From assembly GCA_047174185.1 (NCBI GenBank), contig JBCQUH010000004.1, forward strand, positions 2,656 through 66,655: 64,000 nt of DNA. The letters run 5' to 3'. The DNA is from Rikenellaceae bacterium (lineage in GTDB: Bacteria; Bacteroidota; Bacteroidia; Bacteroidales; Rikenellaceae). Within the stretch, counting starts at the first letter, position 1. Every line of letters starts with the position of its first letter. This document shows, in pieces, positions 46,514 through 56,374 of this stretch. A program made the position numbers and the translations under genes. The notes below the pieces were generated by a model. The model did not search any database, was not told the DNA's origin, and saw nothing but the letters and a program-made list of their open reading frames with translations.

Positions 46514-48091
46514 ATGAAGAGCGTAAAATTACTTGCAACAGGATTGGCCTGCATGGCAGCTGTGGGAGCTACACAGGCCAAAGAGAGCCAACCAAATGTA
46601 ATCTTTATCCTTGTCGACGACTTGGGGTATGGCGATTTGAGCTGCTATGGAGCGGATCTGGTCAGCACACCCAACATCGACAAATTGGCGGCCGAGGGTC
46701 GTCAGTTCCTCGATGCCCACTCAGCATCGTCGGTCTCTACAGCATCGCGTTACTCAATGCTTACAGGACAATATGCATTCCGTGGTTCAGACAACCCAAA
46801 GAATCCAAATGCTGGAATCTGGGGACCATTGGCGATCAACTCACAGCTAATCATCAAGGATGATCTATTGACTATGCCAGAGTTGATGCAGGCTCAGGGC
46901 TACACCACAGGATGTATCGGCAAGTGGCACTTGGGATGGGGCGCGACGACTCCAACAGATTGGAACGACCCTAAATCTCTATCTGTAGGACCTATGTCGG
47001 CAGGTTTCGACTACTCGTTCACAATTCCACACGTATCGAGTGCTCCACCATATCTATTCATCGAGAATGACCATATCGTTGGCGGCGACGCTTCGGATCC
47101 ACTTATCTATGTGGGTAAAGATGGCAAGAATATCTCTCCGACACCAGACTATCCAGACAAGGTAGGCAATCTGTTCAGCGGTGCATTGGCGGCTCACGAG
47201 CTATATAAGGATGATGAGTTGGGCGAGAAGATGGCCGAGGTGAGTGTGAAGTGGATCAGCGAAAACAAGGACAAACCATTCTTCCTATACTTGGCAACTC
47301 CTCATATCCACCACCCATTCACCCCTGGTAAGAAGTTCTTGGGATCGAGCAAGTGTGGATTGTATGGTGACTTCATTCAGGAGATGGATTGGGTTGTTGG
47401 CGAGGTGATGGCGTGTTTGGAGCGCGAGGGAATCGACAAGAATACATTGGTTGTATTCACTAGCGACAACGGAGGAATGTTCCACATCGAGGGACAGAAC
47501 GCCTTCAAGGCTGGTCACCGTCAGAACGGAGATTTGTTAGGTCACAAATTTGGCATATGGGAGGGAGGCCACCGCGTACCATTCATCGCACGTTGGCCAA
47601 AGCAGATCAAGAAAGGTTCGACTTCGGATCAGTTGATCTGCAATGTCGACATGATGGCTACGATGGCTGCACTTACTGGTTACAAACTTCAAGATGGAGA
47701 TTGCGTAGATAGCTACAATGTGTTGGATGCCTTCACTGGCAACCCTAAGGAGATGATCCGTCCAGAGCTACTTTTGACATGTCGTCAGGCTGCACATCAG
47801 GCGATCCGCGTTGGTGACTGGGTATATATTCCAAAGCAGGGTGAAGGTGGATTTGGCGGCAGCAAGCCAGGAATGCATGGTTTCGGAGGTGCTCCAGCGG
47901 TGACGTTTGAGGGACTCGAGAATAGCGACATCGAGAATGGCAAGTTCAAGGCAGACGCTCCAAAGACACAGCTCTACAACGTGGTTGATGATATGTCCCA
48001 GACAAAGAATGTAGTTGCTGAGAATCCAGAGATCGCAGCTCAGTTGAAGGCTCGCTTGGCTGAGATCAAGAGTTCGACTACATCTAGATAA
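46514..48091 (+). CDS. sulfatase (S1 family, Ser-type with Ala in the Pro position: S-T-A-S-R)
   Basis: 525 aa with a signal peptide, NVIFILVDDLGYGD, and SVSTASRYSMLTGQ. Confidence 0.88.
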   Translation: MKSVKLLATGLACMAAVGATQAKESQPNVIFILVDDLGYGDLSCYGADLVSTPNIDKLAAEGRQFLDAHSASSVSTASRYSMLTGQYAFRGSDNPKNPNAGIWGPLAINSQLIIKDDLLTMPELMQAQGYTTGCIGKWHLGWGATTPTDWNDPKSLSVGPMSAGFDYSFTIPHVSSAPPYLFIENDHIVGGDASDPLIYVGKDGKNISPTPDYPDKVGNLFSGALAAHELYKDDELGEKMAEVSVKWISENKDKPFFLYLATPHIHHPFTPGKKFLGSSKCGLYGDFIQEMDWVVGEVMACLEREGIDKNTLVVFTSDNGGMFHIEGQNAFKAGHRQNGDLLGHKFGIWEGGHRVPFIARWPKQIKKGSTSDQLICNVDMMATMAALTGYKLQDGDCVDSYNVLDAFTGNPKEMIRPELLLTCRQAAHQAIRVGDWVYIPKQGEGGFGGSKPGMHGFGGAPAVTFEGLENSDIENGKFKADAPKTQLYNVVDDMSQTKNVVAENPEIAAQLKARLAEIKSSTTSR

Positions 48092-48099
48092 TATTAACT

Positions 48100-49683
48100 A
48101 TGAAAACGACTAATCTATTAACCGCTTCTTTGGCCTGCGTGGCCACACTTGGTGCTGCGCAGGCTAAAGAGAGCCAACCCAACGTGGTATTTATCATGGT
48201 GGATGATTTGGGATATGGCGATTTGAGCTGCTATGGCGCAGAGTTGATCAACACCCCAAATATCGATAAATTAGCGGCCGAGGGGCGACAATTCCTCGAC
48301 GCACACTCGGCATCGGCAGTCTCGACTCCATCGCGCTACTCGATGCTTACGGGTCAATACCCATTCCGTGGATCGGACAAACCAAATGATCCAACTGCGG
48401 GCATTTGGGGACCATTGCGCCTCAACTCACCACTCATCGTCGAGGATGATTTGACAACCGTGGCCGAGGTGATGAAGGCTCAGGGCTACACCACAGGATG
48501 TGTGGGCAAGTGGCACTTGGGATGGAGCGATACAGAACCAACCAATTGGAACGACTATGAGTCGCTCAAGACAGGCCCTTGTTCGGCAGGTTTCGACTAC
48601 TTCTTTGGACTACCTCACGTATCGAGTTCGGCACCATATTTCTTTGTAGAGAATAATGTGGTAGTGGGCGGTGACCCCGAGAATGACCCTATCCTATTCA
48701 AGGATAAGAGCAATCCAGCACCGATCACACCGACTCAAATCTACCCAAACAAGAACGCCAACAAATTCACTGGTGGCGTGGCAGCTCACGCTCTTTATAA
48801 GGATGATGAGATGGGCGAGATGATGGCCAAAAAGAGTGTGGCATGGATCAAGGCCAACAAGGATAAGCCATTCTTCCTCTACTTGGCGACACCTCATATC
48901 CACCACCCATTCACCCCTGGCAAGCAGTTCTTGGGATCGAGCAAGTGTGGCTTGTATGGTGACTTTATTCAGGAGATGGATTGGATCGTTGGCGAGGTGC
49001 TCAACACACTCGAAGAGGAGGGGTTGGACAAAAATACCTTGGTGATCTTTACAAGCGACAATGGCGCGATGTTCAATGCTGAGGGTCGCAATGCGTTCAA
49101 TGCAGGACACCGTGCGGTGGGCGATCTATTGGGCTTCAAGTTTGACGTATGGGAGGGTGGTCACCGCGTACCATTCATCGCACGTTGGCCAAAGCATATC
49201 AAGAGCGGTTCGACTTCGGATCAGTTGATCTCGAATGTCGATCTATTGGCTACGATGGCTGCCCTTACAGGCTACCAACTCAAGGCAGGCGAGGGTGTCG
49301 ACAGCTACAATATGTTGGAGGCATTGGTTGGCAATCCGAAGAAGATGATTCGTCCCGAGTTCTTGTTGACATCGTGGAAGGCATCGCATCAGGCGATCCG
49401 CGAGGGAGATTGGATCTACATCCCAGCCAAAGGCGGTGGCGGATGGGATAGCACAAACCCTAAGACTAACGCATGGGGAGGAGTATCGGCAGCGGCCTAC
49501 GTGGGTCGTGAAAATAGCGACATTGAGGATGGCAAGCTAAAGGCAGATGCTCCAAAGGCTCAGCTCTACAACATCGCCAAGGATCTATCGCAAACCACCA
49601 ACGTGATCGAGGAGAACCCCGAGGTGGCAAAGAGGTTGGCCGAGAAGTTGGCCGAGATCAAAAAGTCGACTACGACACGCTAG
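48100..49683 (+). CDS. sulfatase (S1 family, Ser-type S-T-P-S-R), tandem paralog of the preceding gene
   Basis: 527 aa with NVVFIMVDDLGYGD and AVSTPSRYSMLTGQ. Collinear high similarity to 46514-48091 along its whole length. Confidence 0.88.
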   Translation: MKTTNLLTASLACVATLGAAQAKESQPNVVFIMVDDLGYGDLSCYGAELINTPNIDKLAAEGRQFLDAHSASAVSTPSRYSMLTGQYPFRGSDKPNDPTAGIWGPLRLNSPLIVEDDLTTVAEVMKAQGYTTGCVGKWHLGWSDTEPTNWNDYESLKTGPCSAGFDYFFGLPHVSSSAPYFFVENNVVVGGDPENDPILFKDKSNPAPITPTQIYPNKNANKFTGGVAAHALYKDDEMGEMMAKKSVAWIKANKDKPFFLYLATPHIHHPFTPGKQFLGSSKCGLYGDFIQEMDWIVGEVLNTLEEEGLDKNTLVIFTSDNGAMFNAEGRNAFNAGHRAVGDLLGFKFDVWEGGHRVPFIARWPKHIKSGSTSDQLISNVDLLATMAALTGYQLKAGEGVDSYNMLEALVGNPKKMIRPEFLLTSWKASHQAIREGDWIYIPAKGGGGWDSTNPKTNAWGGVSAAAYVGRENSDIEDGKLKADAPKAQLYNIAKDLSQTTNVIEENPEVAKRLAEKLAEIKKSTTTR

Positions 49684-49712
49684 TTGATCGGAGCTAATAA
49701 ATTCACAAAGAT

Positions 49713-49751
49713 AGGGTGTGACTCAATAAAACGAGTCACACCCTGTTTTTT
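49713..49751 (+). terminator. rho-independent terminator after the sulfatase pair
   Basis: agggtgtgactc (49713-49724) pairs with gagtcacaccct (49733-49744), followed by gtttttt. Confidence 0.8.
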
Positions 49752-49764
49752 AGACATAATTGCA

Positions 49765-51246
49765 CTACGACTGCTGCTCAACACCGCTCTGTTCGTAGTG
49801 GAATGGGGCGAAGGCCTCGCCATCCTCGCTATTGCGCCACGATGGTTTGCGCATGGCGTAGATCACAAATGGAGCGGCCACCACAACCACACACCCGACG
49901 ATCAAAACCCCAAACCAGACAAGATTGCTACCCGTCGAGATCTGCCCTGGGGGGATAAAGCTCAATACAAAGGCCAACAGCGCACCCAAGAAGCCCATAC
50001 CGCCCAACAGCCACATCAAGCCATTGCCACGCCCCAAACGGAAGGGACGCTCGGCATCGGGCATACGATAGCGCAAGACGATGGCCGAGGCGAACATCAA
50101 CATATACATGATGAGATACAACATCACCGTGAGCTGTGAGAGGATCTGGTAGAATGACTGCACCGATGGCATGATGACAAATAGCAGACTCAGCAGCGTC
50201 ACCAGCGCACCCTGCATATACAATATATTACGCTGCACACCACGTTTGTTGGCGCGCTGAAAGATCGGCGGCAGATAGCCTGCACGCCCCACTGCAAAGA
50301 TACCCTTCGAGGGGCCAGCTACCCACGTCAATACGCCTGCCAACACACCAAACATCAACGCCACAGCGATGATGGGCGATGCCCACGACATCTTGAGATA
50401 TGCGAAGTAGTTGTCGAAGCCTATCAATAGCGACTGCGTGAGGTTGATGTCACGCTGCGGAATGATAACTCCCAAGGCAAATGTGCCTAGGATAAAGATT
50501 GCAACGGTTGTGAGCGAACCCAAAATAATCGCTTTAGGGTAGTTGCGACTAGGGTTCTCGACCTCCATAACGTGTATACCCATCATCTCCATACCTGCGT
50601 AGAAGAGGAAGATGCTGCTGGCCAAGACGATATTGTCGAGTTTTGTAAGGTCCGGGAAGAAGCTGCCGTGCAGATCCAAATTGTTGTGACCACCGCTAGC
50701 CAAATAGACCACACCCAATATAATAAGTAGTGCGGCAGGGATGATCGTGCCAATAATTCCACCCCACTTGCTAATGCGCCCGACCCAGCCAAGACCACGC
50801 AGAGCGATGAAGGTGGCACTCCAATAGATGGCCAATACCACCACCAACGTAAAGAGTTTATTGGATGCCAACGCCATATCGGCACTCTCGTTAAAACCGA
50901 TAAAGGCCAACGACACTGCGCCAAAGGTCAACACCGTAGGGTACCAGATGGTCGATTGAATCCACTGCAACCAGATGGCCAAGAAACCAGTATGCGCTCC
51001 AAATGCCTCACCAACCCAACGAAATACTCCACCCTGCTTATCCGAAAACATAGCGGCCAACTCAGCAGCAACCAACGCTGTAGGCACCAAAAAAACAACC
51101 GCTGCAAATAGATAAAAGAAGGCTGACGACAGACCATATACCGCCTCAGCGGCCAATCCTCGCAGGCTCACCACCGCCGTAATATTCATTACAGCCAGCG
51201 TAAATACACTTAACTTAAAACCCATTGGGTTTTTTTTACTCTCCAT
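49765..51246 (-). CDS. APC-superfamily amino acid permease/antiporter (GadC/YjeM-like)
   Basis: About 493 aa with 12 or more predicted TM helices and an N-terminal sequence (FTLAVMNITAVVSLRGL...ELAAMF) typical of the glutamate:GABA antiporter-like subfamily. Confidence 0.75.
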   Translation of the reverse strand: MESKKNPMGFKLSVFTLAVMNITAVVSLRGLAAEAVYGLSSAFFYLFAAVVFLVPTALVAAELAAMFSDKQGGVFRWVGEAFGAHTGFLAIWLQWIQSTIWYPTVLTFGAVSLAFIGFNESADMALASNKLFTLVVVLAIYWSATFIALRGLGWVGRISKWGGIIGTIIPAALLIILGVVYLASGGHNNLDLHGSFFPDLTKLDNIVLASSIFLFYAGMEMMGIHVMEVENPSRNYPKAIILGSLTTVAIFILGTFALGVIIPQRDINLTQSLLIGFDNYFAYLKMSWASPIIAVALMFGVLAGVLTWVAGPSKGIFAVGRAGYLPPIFQRANKRGVQRNILYMQGALVTLLSLLFVIMPSVQSFYQILSQLTVMLYLIMYMLMFASAIVLRYRMPDAERPFRLGRGNGLMWLLGGMGFLGALLAFVLSFIPPGQISTGSNLVWFGVLIVGCVVVVAAPFVIYAMRKPSWRNSEDGEAFAPFHYEQSGVEQQS

Positions 51247-51460
51247 AAACATCGTATAATTTAGAATTCCTAACAGCTTAAACAATTATCGTGCAAAAGA
51301 GAAATCCAAAGCACAAAGAGCTATTAATCAGCATATATAAGTTTATCTTATCGGCTGATAAAAAATGATTATCAAAATTTTATACTATTTTTGATTTTTA
51401 TATCTATATTTGTGACTGAAACAGGTATACATTTACAAACAATTAAAAAATTATACAGTT

Positions 51461-52012
51461 ATGGCAATGAAATGGCGTTGTACCGTATGCGGGTACATTC
51501 ACGAGGGAGCAGAGGCTCCAGAGAAGTGTCCTCTATGTAAGGTTCCACAGGAGAAGTTCGTAGAGTGCGAGGAGCAGAGCGAGGGTCTTGAGTTTGTAAC
51601 AGAGCACAAGCTAGGCGATGGTAAGGGTTCTAGCCCAGAGCTTTTGGATGGTTTGATGGCACACTTCTCGGGCGAGTGCTCGGAGGTAGGTCAGTATTTG
51701 GCAATGAGCCGTCAGGCTGATCGCGAGGGTTATCCAGAGATCGCAGAGGCTTTCAAGCGTTACGCTTGGGAGGAGGCAGAGCACGCTGCTAAGTTCGCAG
51801 AGTTGTTGGGCGATGTAGTTTGGGATACTAAGACCAACCTATTCAAGCGCATGAACGCTGAGTCGGGAGCTTGCGAGGATAAGATGCGTTTGGCTCGTTT
51901 GGCTAAGGAGCAGAATCTTGATGCTGTACACGACACAGTACACGAGATGGCGAAGGATGAGGCTCGTCACGGAGCTGGATTCCAGGGACTCTACAACCGC
52001 TACTTCAAGTAG
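51461..52012 (+). CDS. reverse rubrerythrin (N-terminal rubredoxin domain, C-terminal diiron ferritin-like domain)
   Basis: CTVCGY...CPLC lies at the N-terminus, followed by the E..H diiron motifs ([18 protein letters not shown]). Confidence 0.85.
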   Translation: MAMKWRCTVCGYIHEGAEAPEKCPLCKVPQEKFVECEEQSEGLEFVTEHKLGDGKGSSPELLDGLMAHFSGECSEVGQYLAMSRQADREGYPEIAEAFKRYAWEEAEHAAKFAELLGDVVWDTKTNLFKRMNAESGACEDKMRLARLAKEQNLDAVHDTVHEMAKDEARHGAGFQGLYNRYFK

Positions 52013-52058
52013 TCGACACACCCTCTTCGAGTAGGGGGAGGAGAGTTATTATAACAGC

Positions 52059-52096
52059 AGCGACCGCCTTGGCTTAAGGCGGTCGCTTATTTTTTG
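52059..52096 (+). terminator. rho-independent terminator after the rubrerythrin gene
   Basis: agcgaccgcctt (52059-52070) pairs with aaggcggtcgct (52076-52087), followed by tatttttt. Confidence 0.8.
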
Positions 52097-52105
52097 CTCG
52101 TATAT

Positions 52106-52151
52106 AAATAGGGCGACCCTTGCACAAAAAAAATAGGGCGACCCTCGCACA
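52106..52151. repeat. two direct copies of a 21-bp unit, 25-bp period
   Basis: aaatagggcgacccttgcaca (52106-52126) and aaatagggcgaccctcgcaca (52131-52151) differ by one mismatch. Each contains the mini-palindrome aggg-cga-ccct. Confidence 0.85.
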
Positions 52152-52190
52152 GAGAGCCGCCCCACATTATCTATATTCCTAGAGCTGATC

Positions 52191-54221
52191 TTACATCTTC
52201 AACATCTCCTTCACCTCTTCGTAGACCGTGCGGCCGTTGAAGCCGAACTTATCATCCAACACCTTGAATGGTGCAGAGTAACCGAAGTGGTCTAGACCAT
52301 GGACAAATCCACTATCGCCAACCAATCCACGCAATGTGATCGGCAGACCAGATGTCAAACCATAACGAGGCACACCATTGGGGATAACGCTCTCCTTATA
52401 TGAGTCGGGCTGATCGCGGAATAGACCCTCGCTAGGCACATTCACAACTCGAACACTGATTCCATCCTCGGCCAACAGACGCGCCCCATCGACCAACGTT
52501 GCAACCTCGGAACCCGATGCCAACAACACAACCTGTGGATTGGCCGAGTCGACAACCACATAACCACCCTTCGACACCTGCTGCGCCTCTTGGCGACGGC
52601 TGCTACCCAATGCTGGCAAATCATTAATATTTTGACGCGACAAGATCAAACCTACAGGACGATCCTCCGACATCGCATGTCGCCACGCCATAACCGTCTC
52701 GTCGCAGTCACCTGGGCGCAACACCACCATCGAACGATCGCCATCGTGGTTGCGCAGATGCTCCATCAAACGGATCTGCATCTCCTGCTCAATAGGCTGG
52801 TGCGTAGGGCCATCCTCGCCTACGCGGAATGAATCGTGTGTCCACAAATAGATCACGTGTAGACGCATCAAAGCCGACAAACGAACCGCTGGTTTCATAT
52901 AATCCGAGAATACGAAGAACGTACCGCACACAGGGATCACACCGCCATGCAGCGCCATACCATTCATCACACACGCCATAGTCAACTCCGAGACTCCAGC
53001 CTGAAAGAACTTACCACTAAAGTCACCCTTCACAAAGGCCTTTGTACCCTTTAAGTAACCATCCGTCTTATCCGAATTGCTCAAGTCGGCCGACGAGACG
53101 ATCATATTGTCAACACTCTCGCAATAGTGTGCAAAGACCGTTGCCGAGGCTGCACGTGTAGCCTGATTTGGCTTTACAGCTATTGAGTTATAATCAATAT
53201 CTGGCACATCACCCTTCAAGAAGCTATCCAACTTAGCGGCCAACTCCACATTCTTTGCTCGCCAATCACCCTCGACAGCCGAACACTCAACCATCTGTGC
53301 GATCAACTCCTCGCGACGCGCAGCATAGATCTCAGCACTCTCGGCAAAGATCTCAAATGGCTCCTCGGCGTTACCGCCAAGCCCCTTGATAGTCGTTGCG
53401 AAGTCTGCTCCAGCGGCCGACAATGGCTGACCGTGAGTCGACAACTTGCCCTCGAAGCTAGCGCCATCCGCCCCCTGCGCACCCTTGGCCATCGTCGTAT
53501 GACCGATGATAAGGGTTGGACGATCACTCTCGGCATTGGCTCTCACCAACGCAGCACGCAACTCATCGACATTGTGGCCATCGGCTGTCAAAACCAACCA
53601 ACCCCACGCCTCATATTTCATCTTAACATCCTCGGCATCGACCTCATCTACGAGTGTCGACAACTGAACATTATTCGAGTCATAATACATTATGAAGTTG
53701 CTCAACCCCAAGTGACCTGCAATACGGCCTACACCCTGCGATATCTCCTCCTGAATAGCTCCATCCGAAATATAAGCATAGGTCTTGTGAGCCATCCACT
53801 CACCAAAGCGAGCACACATAAAGCGCTCAACGATCGCAGCTCCCAGAGCCATAGCATGACCCTGTCCCAATGGGCCAGAGGTATTCTCGATACCGCGCAT
53901 TACATCCACCTCGGGATGACCTGGCGTGATACTATCCCACTGACGAAAACCCTTCAAATCATCCAAACTAAAGTTCCCTGCCAATGCCAAAACCGAATAC
54001 AACATCGACGACATATGACCAGGATCCAAAAACAAGCGATCGCGATATGGCCAATCCATCTGCTGAGGATCGTAGTGCAAGAACTCTGTATAGAGAAGAT
54101 TTATAAAATCTGCTCCTCCCATCGCTCCGCCTGGGTGACCCGAATTGGCACGCTCTACCATAGATGCTGACAAGATACGAATATTATCTGCCGCTCTATT
54201 TAACTTCGAATTATCAAACAT
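52191..54221 (-). CDS. tkt: transketolase
   Basis: 676 aa with the ThDP motif SGHPGGAMGGADF and the transketolase signature segments (GEDGPTHQPIE). Confidence 0.93.
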   Translation of the reverse strand: MFDNSKLNRAADNIRILSASMVERANSGHPGGAMGGADFINLLYTEFLHYDPQQMDWPYRDRLFLDPGHMSSMLYSVLALAGNFSLDDLKGFRQWDSITPGHPEVDVMRGIENTSGPLGQGHAMALGAAIVERFMCARFGEWMAHKTYAYISDGAIQEEISQGVGRIAGHLGLSNFIMYYDSNNVQLSTLVDEVDAEDVKMKYEAWGWLVLTADGHNVDELRAALVRANAESDRPTLIIGHTTMAKGAQGADGASFEGKLSTHGQPLSAAGADFATTIKGLGGNAEEPFEIFAESAEIYAARREELIAQMVECSAVEGDWRAKNVELAAKLDSFLKGDVPDIDYNSIAVKPNQATRAASATVFAHYCESVDNMIVSSADLSNSDKTDGYLKGTKAFVKGDFSGKFFQAGVSELTMACVMNGMALHGGVIPVCGTFFVFSDYMKPAVRLSALMRLHVIYLWTHDSFRVGEDGPTHQPIEQEMQIRLMEHLRNHDGDRSMVVLRPGDCDETVMAWRHAMSEDRPVGLILSRQNINDLPALGSSRRQEAQQVSKGGYVVVDSANPQVVLLASGSEVATLVDGARLLAEDGISVRVVNVPSEGLFRDQPDSYKESVIPNGVPRYGLTSGLPITLRGLVGDSGFVHGLDHFGYSAPFKVLDDKFGFNGRTVYEEVKEMLKM

Positions 54222-54258
54222 AATTTTGGTATATTATTTCGTTTACTTTTAAAACTAT

Positions 54259-55569
54259 TTAACTAGAAAATCCCGATGCCTCAACACGCTGTTTGGCATA
54301 CTCCAACGTCACTACAAACTCCGTAAGTCCCTGTTGTGCCTGATTTGGAATATCGTACATCGACTCGATCATAATCGACTCGCAAATCGAGCGCAGACCG
54401 CGAGCACCCAATCGGCACTCCACAGCCTTGTCGACGATATACTCCAAAACCTCTGGCTCAAATCGCAACTCCACGCCATCCATCTCAAACAATCGCTCAT
54501 ATTGACGAACAATAGCATTCTTCGGCTCAGTGAGGATCGAACGCAAAGCCTCGCGGCTCAACAGCTGCATCGATGTCAACACTGGTAGACGACCAATCAA
54601 CTCAGGGATCAAACCAAAACTCTTGAGATCCAACGGCGTGAGATACTTCATCAAATTCTTGCGATCCACACTATCCGTCTCGACCTTACCATAGCCCACC
54701 GCGCGCGTATTCAATCGCTGAGCTATACGCTTCTCGATTCCGTCAAACGCACCACCACAGATAAACAATATATTCTTCGTATTGACCTGTATAAACTTCT
54801 GATCGGGGTGTTTACGCCCACCCTGCGGTGGAACATTCACAACCGTCCCCTCCAATATCTTCAACAGAGCCTGCTGCACACCCTCGCCCGAAACATCGCG
54901 CGTGATGCTTGGATTGTCGCCCTTGCGAGCGATCTTATCTATCTCATCAATAAAGACGATTCCGCGCTCCGCCTCCTCGACCTTATAATCGGCCACCTGC
55001 AACAACCTCGACAGAATACCCTCGACATCCTCGCCCACGTATCCAGCCTCGGTCAACACCGTAGCATCGACAATAGTAAATGGAACCTTCAACAACTTCG
55101 CAATCGTACGAGCCATCAACGTCTTACCAGTTCCCGTAGGTCCTACCAACACGATATTGCTCTTATCGATCTCCACCTCATCTTCACTCACACCCTCGGC
55201 ATCCATCACACTCAACCTCTTATAGTGGTTGTAGACGGCCACCGACATATAGCGCTTCGCCTCATCTTGACCAATAACATATTGATCCAACATCTCCTTG
55301 ATCTGTGAGGGACGCAACATATCGGCCATATTCAACGGCTCGACACTCTTTGCCTTTGCCTTAGCCACGGGCACCGCACGACGCGACATCCCCCCCTCGA
55401 CCAATATATGATAACCATTCTCGACACAGTCGTTACAGATATTCACTCCATCGACACCCGAGAAGAGAATCGACACATCCGAACGCTTTGCACCACAGAA
55501 ATCACACTTATCCTCTCGCTGACCCCCTTGCTGACCCCCTTGGTCTGCTCTACTACCCTTTTTTGCCAT
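54259..55569 (-). CDS. clpX: ATP-dependent Clp protease ATP-binding subunit ClpX
   Basis: 436 aa with an N-terminal zinc-binding domain (CDFCG...CNDC), Walker A GPTGTGKT and the IFIDEIDK motif. Confidence 0.93.
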   Translation of the reverse strand: MAKKGSRADQGGQQGGQREDKCDFCGAKRSDVSILFSGVDGVNICNDCVENGYHILVEGGMSRRAVPVAKAKAKSVEPLNMADMLRPSQIKEMLDQYVIGQDEAKRYMSVAVYNHYKRLSVMDAEGVSEDEVEIDKSNIVLVGPTGTGKTLMARTIAKLLKVPFTIVDATVLTEAGYVGEDVEGILSRLLQVADYKVEEAERGIVFIDEIDKIARKGDNPSITRDVSGEGVQQALLKILEGTVVNVPPQGGRKHPDQKFIQVNTKNILFICGGAFDGIEKRIAQRLNTRAVGYGKVETDSVDRKNLMKYLTPLDLKSFGLIPELIGRLPVLTSMQLLSREALRSILTEPKNAIVRQYERLFEMDGVELRFEPEVLEYIVDKAVECRLGARGLRSICESIMIESMYDIPNQAQQGLTEFVVTLEYAKQRVEASGFSS

Positions 55570-55575
55570 AAATTA

Positions 55576-56238
55576 TTATCTCTTTGTCAATACAGAGTCG
55601 ATCAAACCATACTCTTGAGCCTCGGCCGATGTCATCCAGTAATCGCGATCGGCATCGCGCTCCAACTGCTCCATCGACGCGCCCGAGTGGTGCGAAATGA
55701 TTTTATACAGCTCCTCGCGAGTCTTGACGATCTCACGCGCCGTAATCTCGATATCGCTCGCCTGACCCTGAGCACCGCCCAACGGCTGGTGGATCATCAC
55801 ACGCGAGTGGGGCAACGCCATACGTTTGCCAGCAGCTCCTGCGCACAACAACACAGCACCCATCGAGGCTGCCAATCCCGTACAGATCGTCGCCACATCG
55901 GGCGAAACCAACTGCATAGTGTCATAAATCCCCAAACCTGCCGAGACCGAACCGCCAGGTGAATTGATATAGATTTGGATATCCTTCTCGGGATCCGTAG
56001 ACTCCAAAAACAACAACTGCGCCTGAATAATATTGGCCGCATCGTCATAGATGGGCGCACCCAAAAAGATAATGCGATCCATCATCAAACGCGAAAATAC
56101 ATCCATCGTCGCTACATTCAATCGCCTCTCCTCGGTGATTGTTGGTGACACATATCCGCTCTGGATCGACTCGAAATCGTGGAGTCGCAACGAGCTAATG
56201 CCGCAGTGCCCCCTTGCATATTTCTCAAACTCTGACAT
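55576..56238 (-). CDS. clpP: ATP-dependent Clp protease proteolytic subunit
   Basis: 220 aa with catalytic motifs ([21 protein letters not shown]). Confidence 0.93.
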   Translation of the reverse strand: MSEFEKYARGHCGISSLRLHDFESIQSGYVSPTITEERRLNVATMDVFSRLMMDRIIFLGAPIYDDAANIIQAQLLFLESTDPEKDIQIYINSPGGSVSAGLGIYDTMQLVSPDVATICTGLAASMGAVLLCAGAAGKRMALPHSRVMIHQPLGGAQGQASDIEITAREIVKTREELYKIISHHSGASMEQLERDADRDYWMTSAEAQEYGLIDSVLTKR

Positions 56239-56285
56239 AATCTTAACTCTTAAGTTATAATATTCGTACTAAAACATCAACATAG

Positions 56286-56325
56286 CACAAACAAAAACTC
56301 TGCAAACACGAATGTTTACAGAGTT
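56286..56325 (-). terminator. terminator between tig and clpP
   Basis: On the minus strand: aactctgtaaaca-ttcg-tgtttgcagagtt (13-bp stem with 1 mismatch), followed by TTTTGTTTG. Confidence 0.6.
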
Positions 56326-56374
56326 CAAAGGTAATACTTTTTATTGGATTGTCAACCAACTAAAAATATATTTT

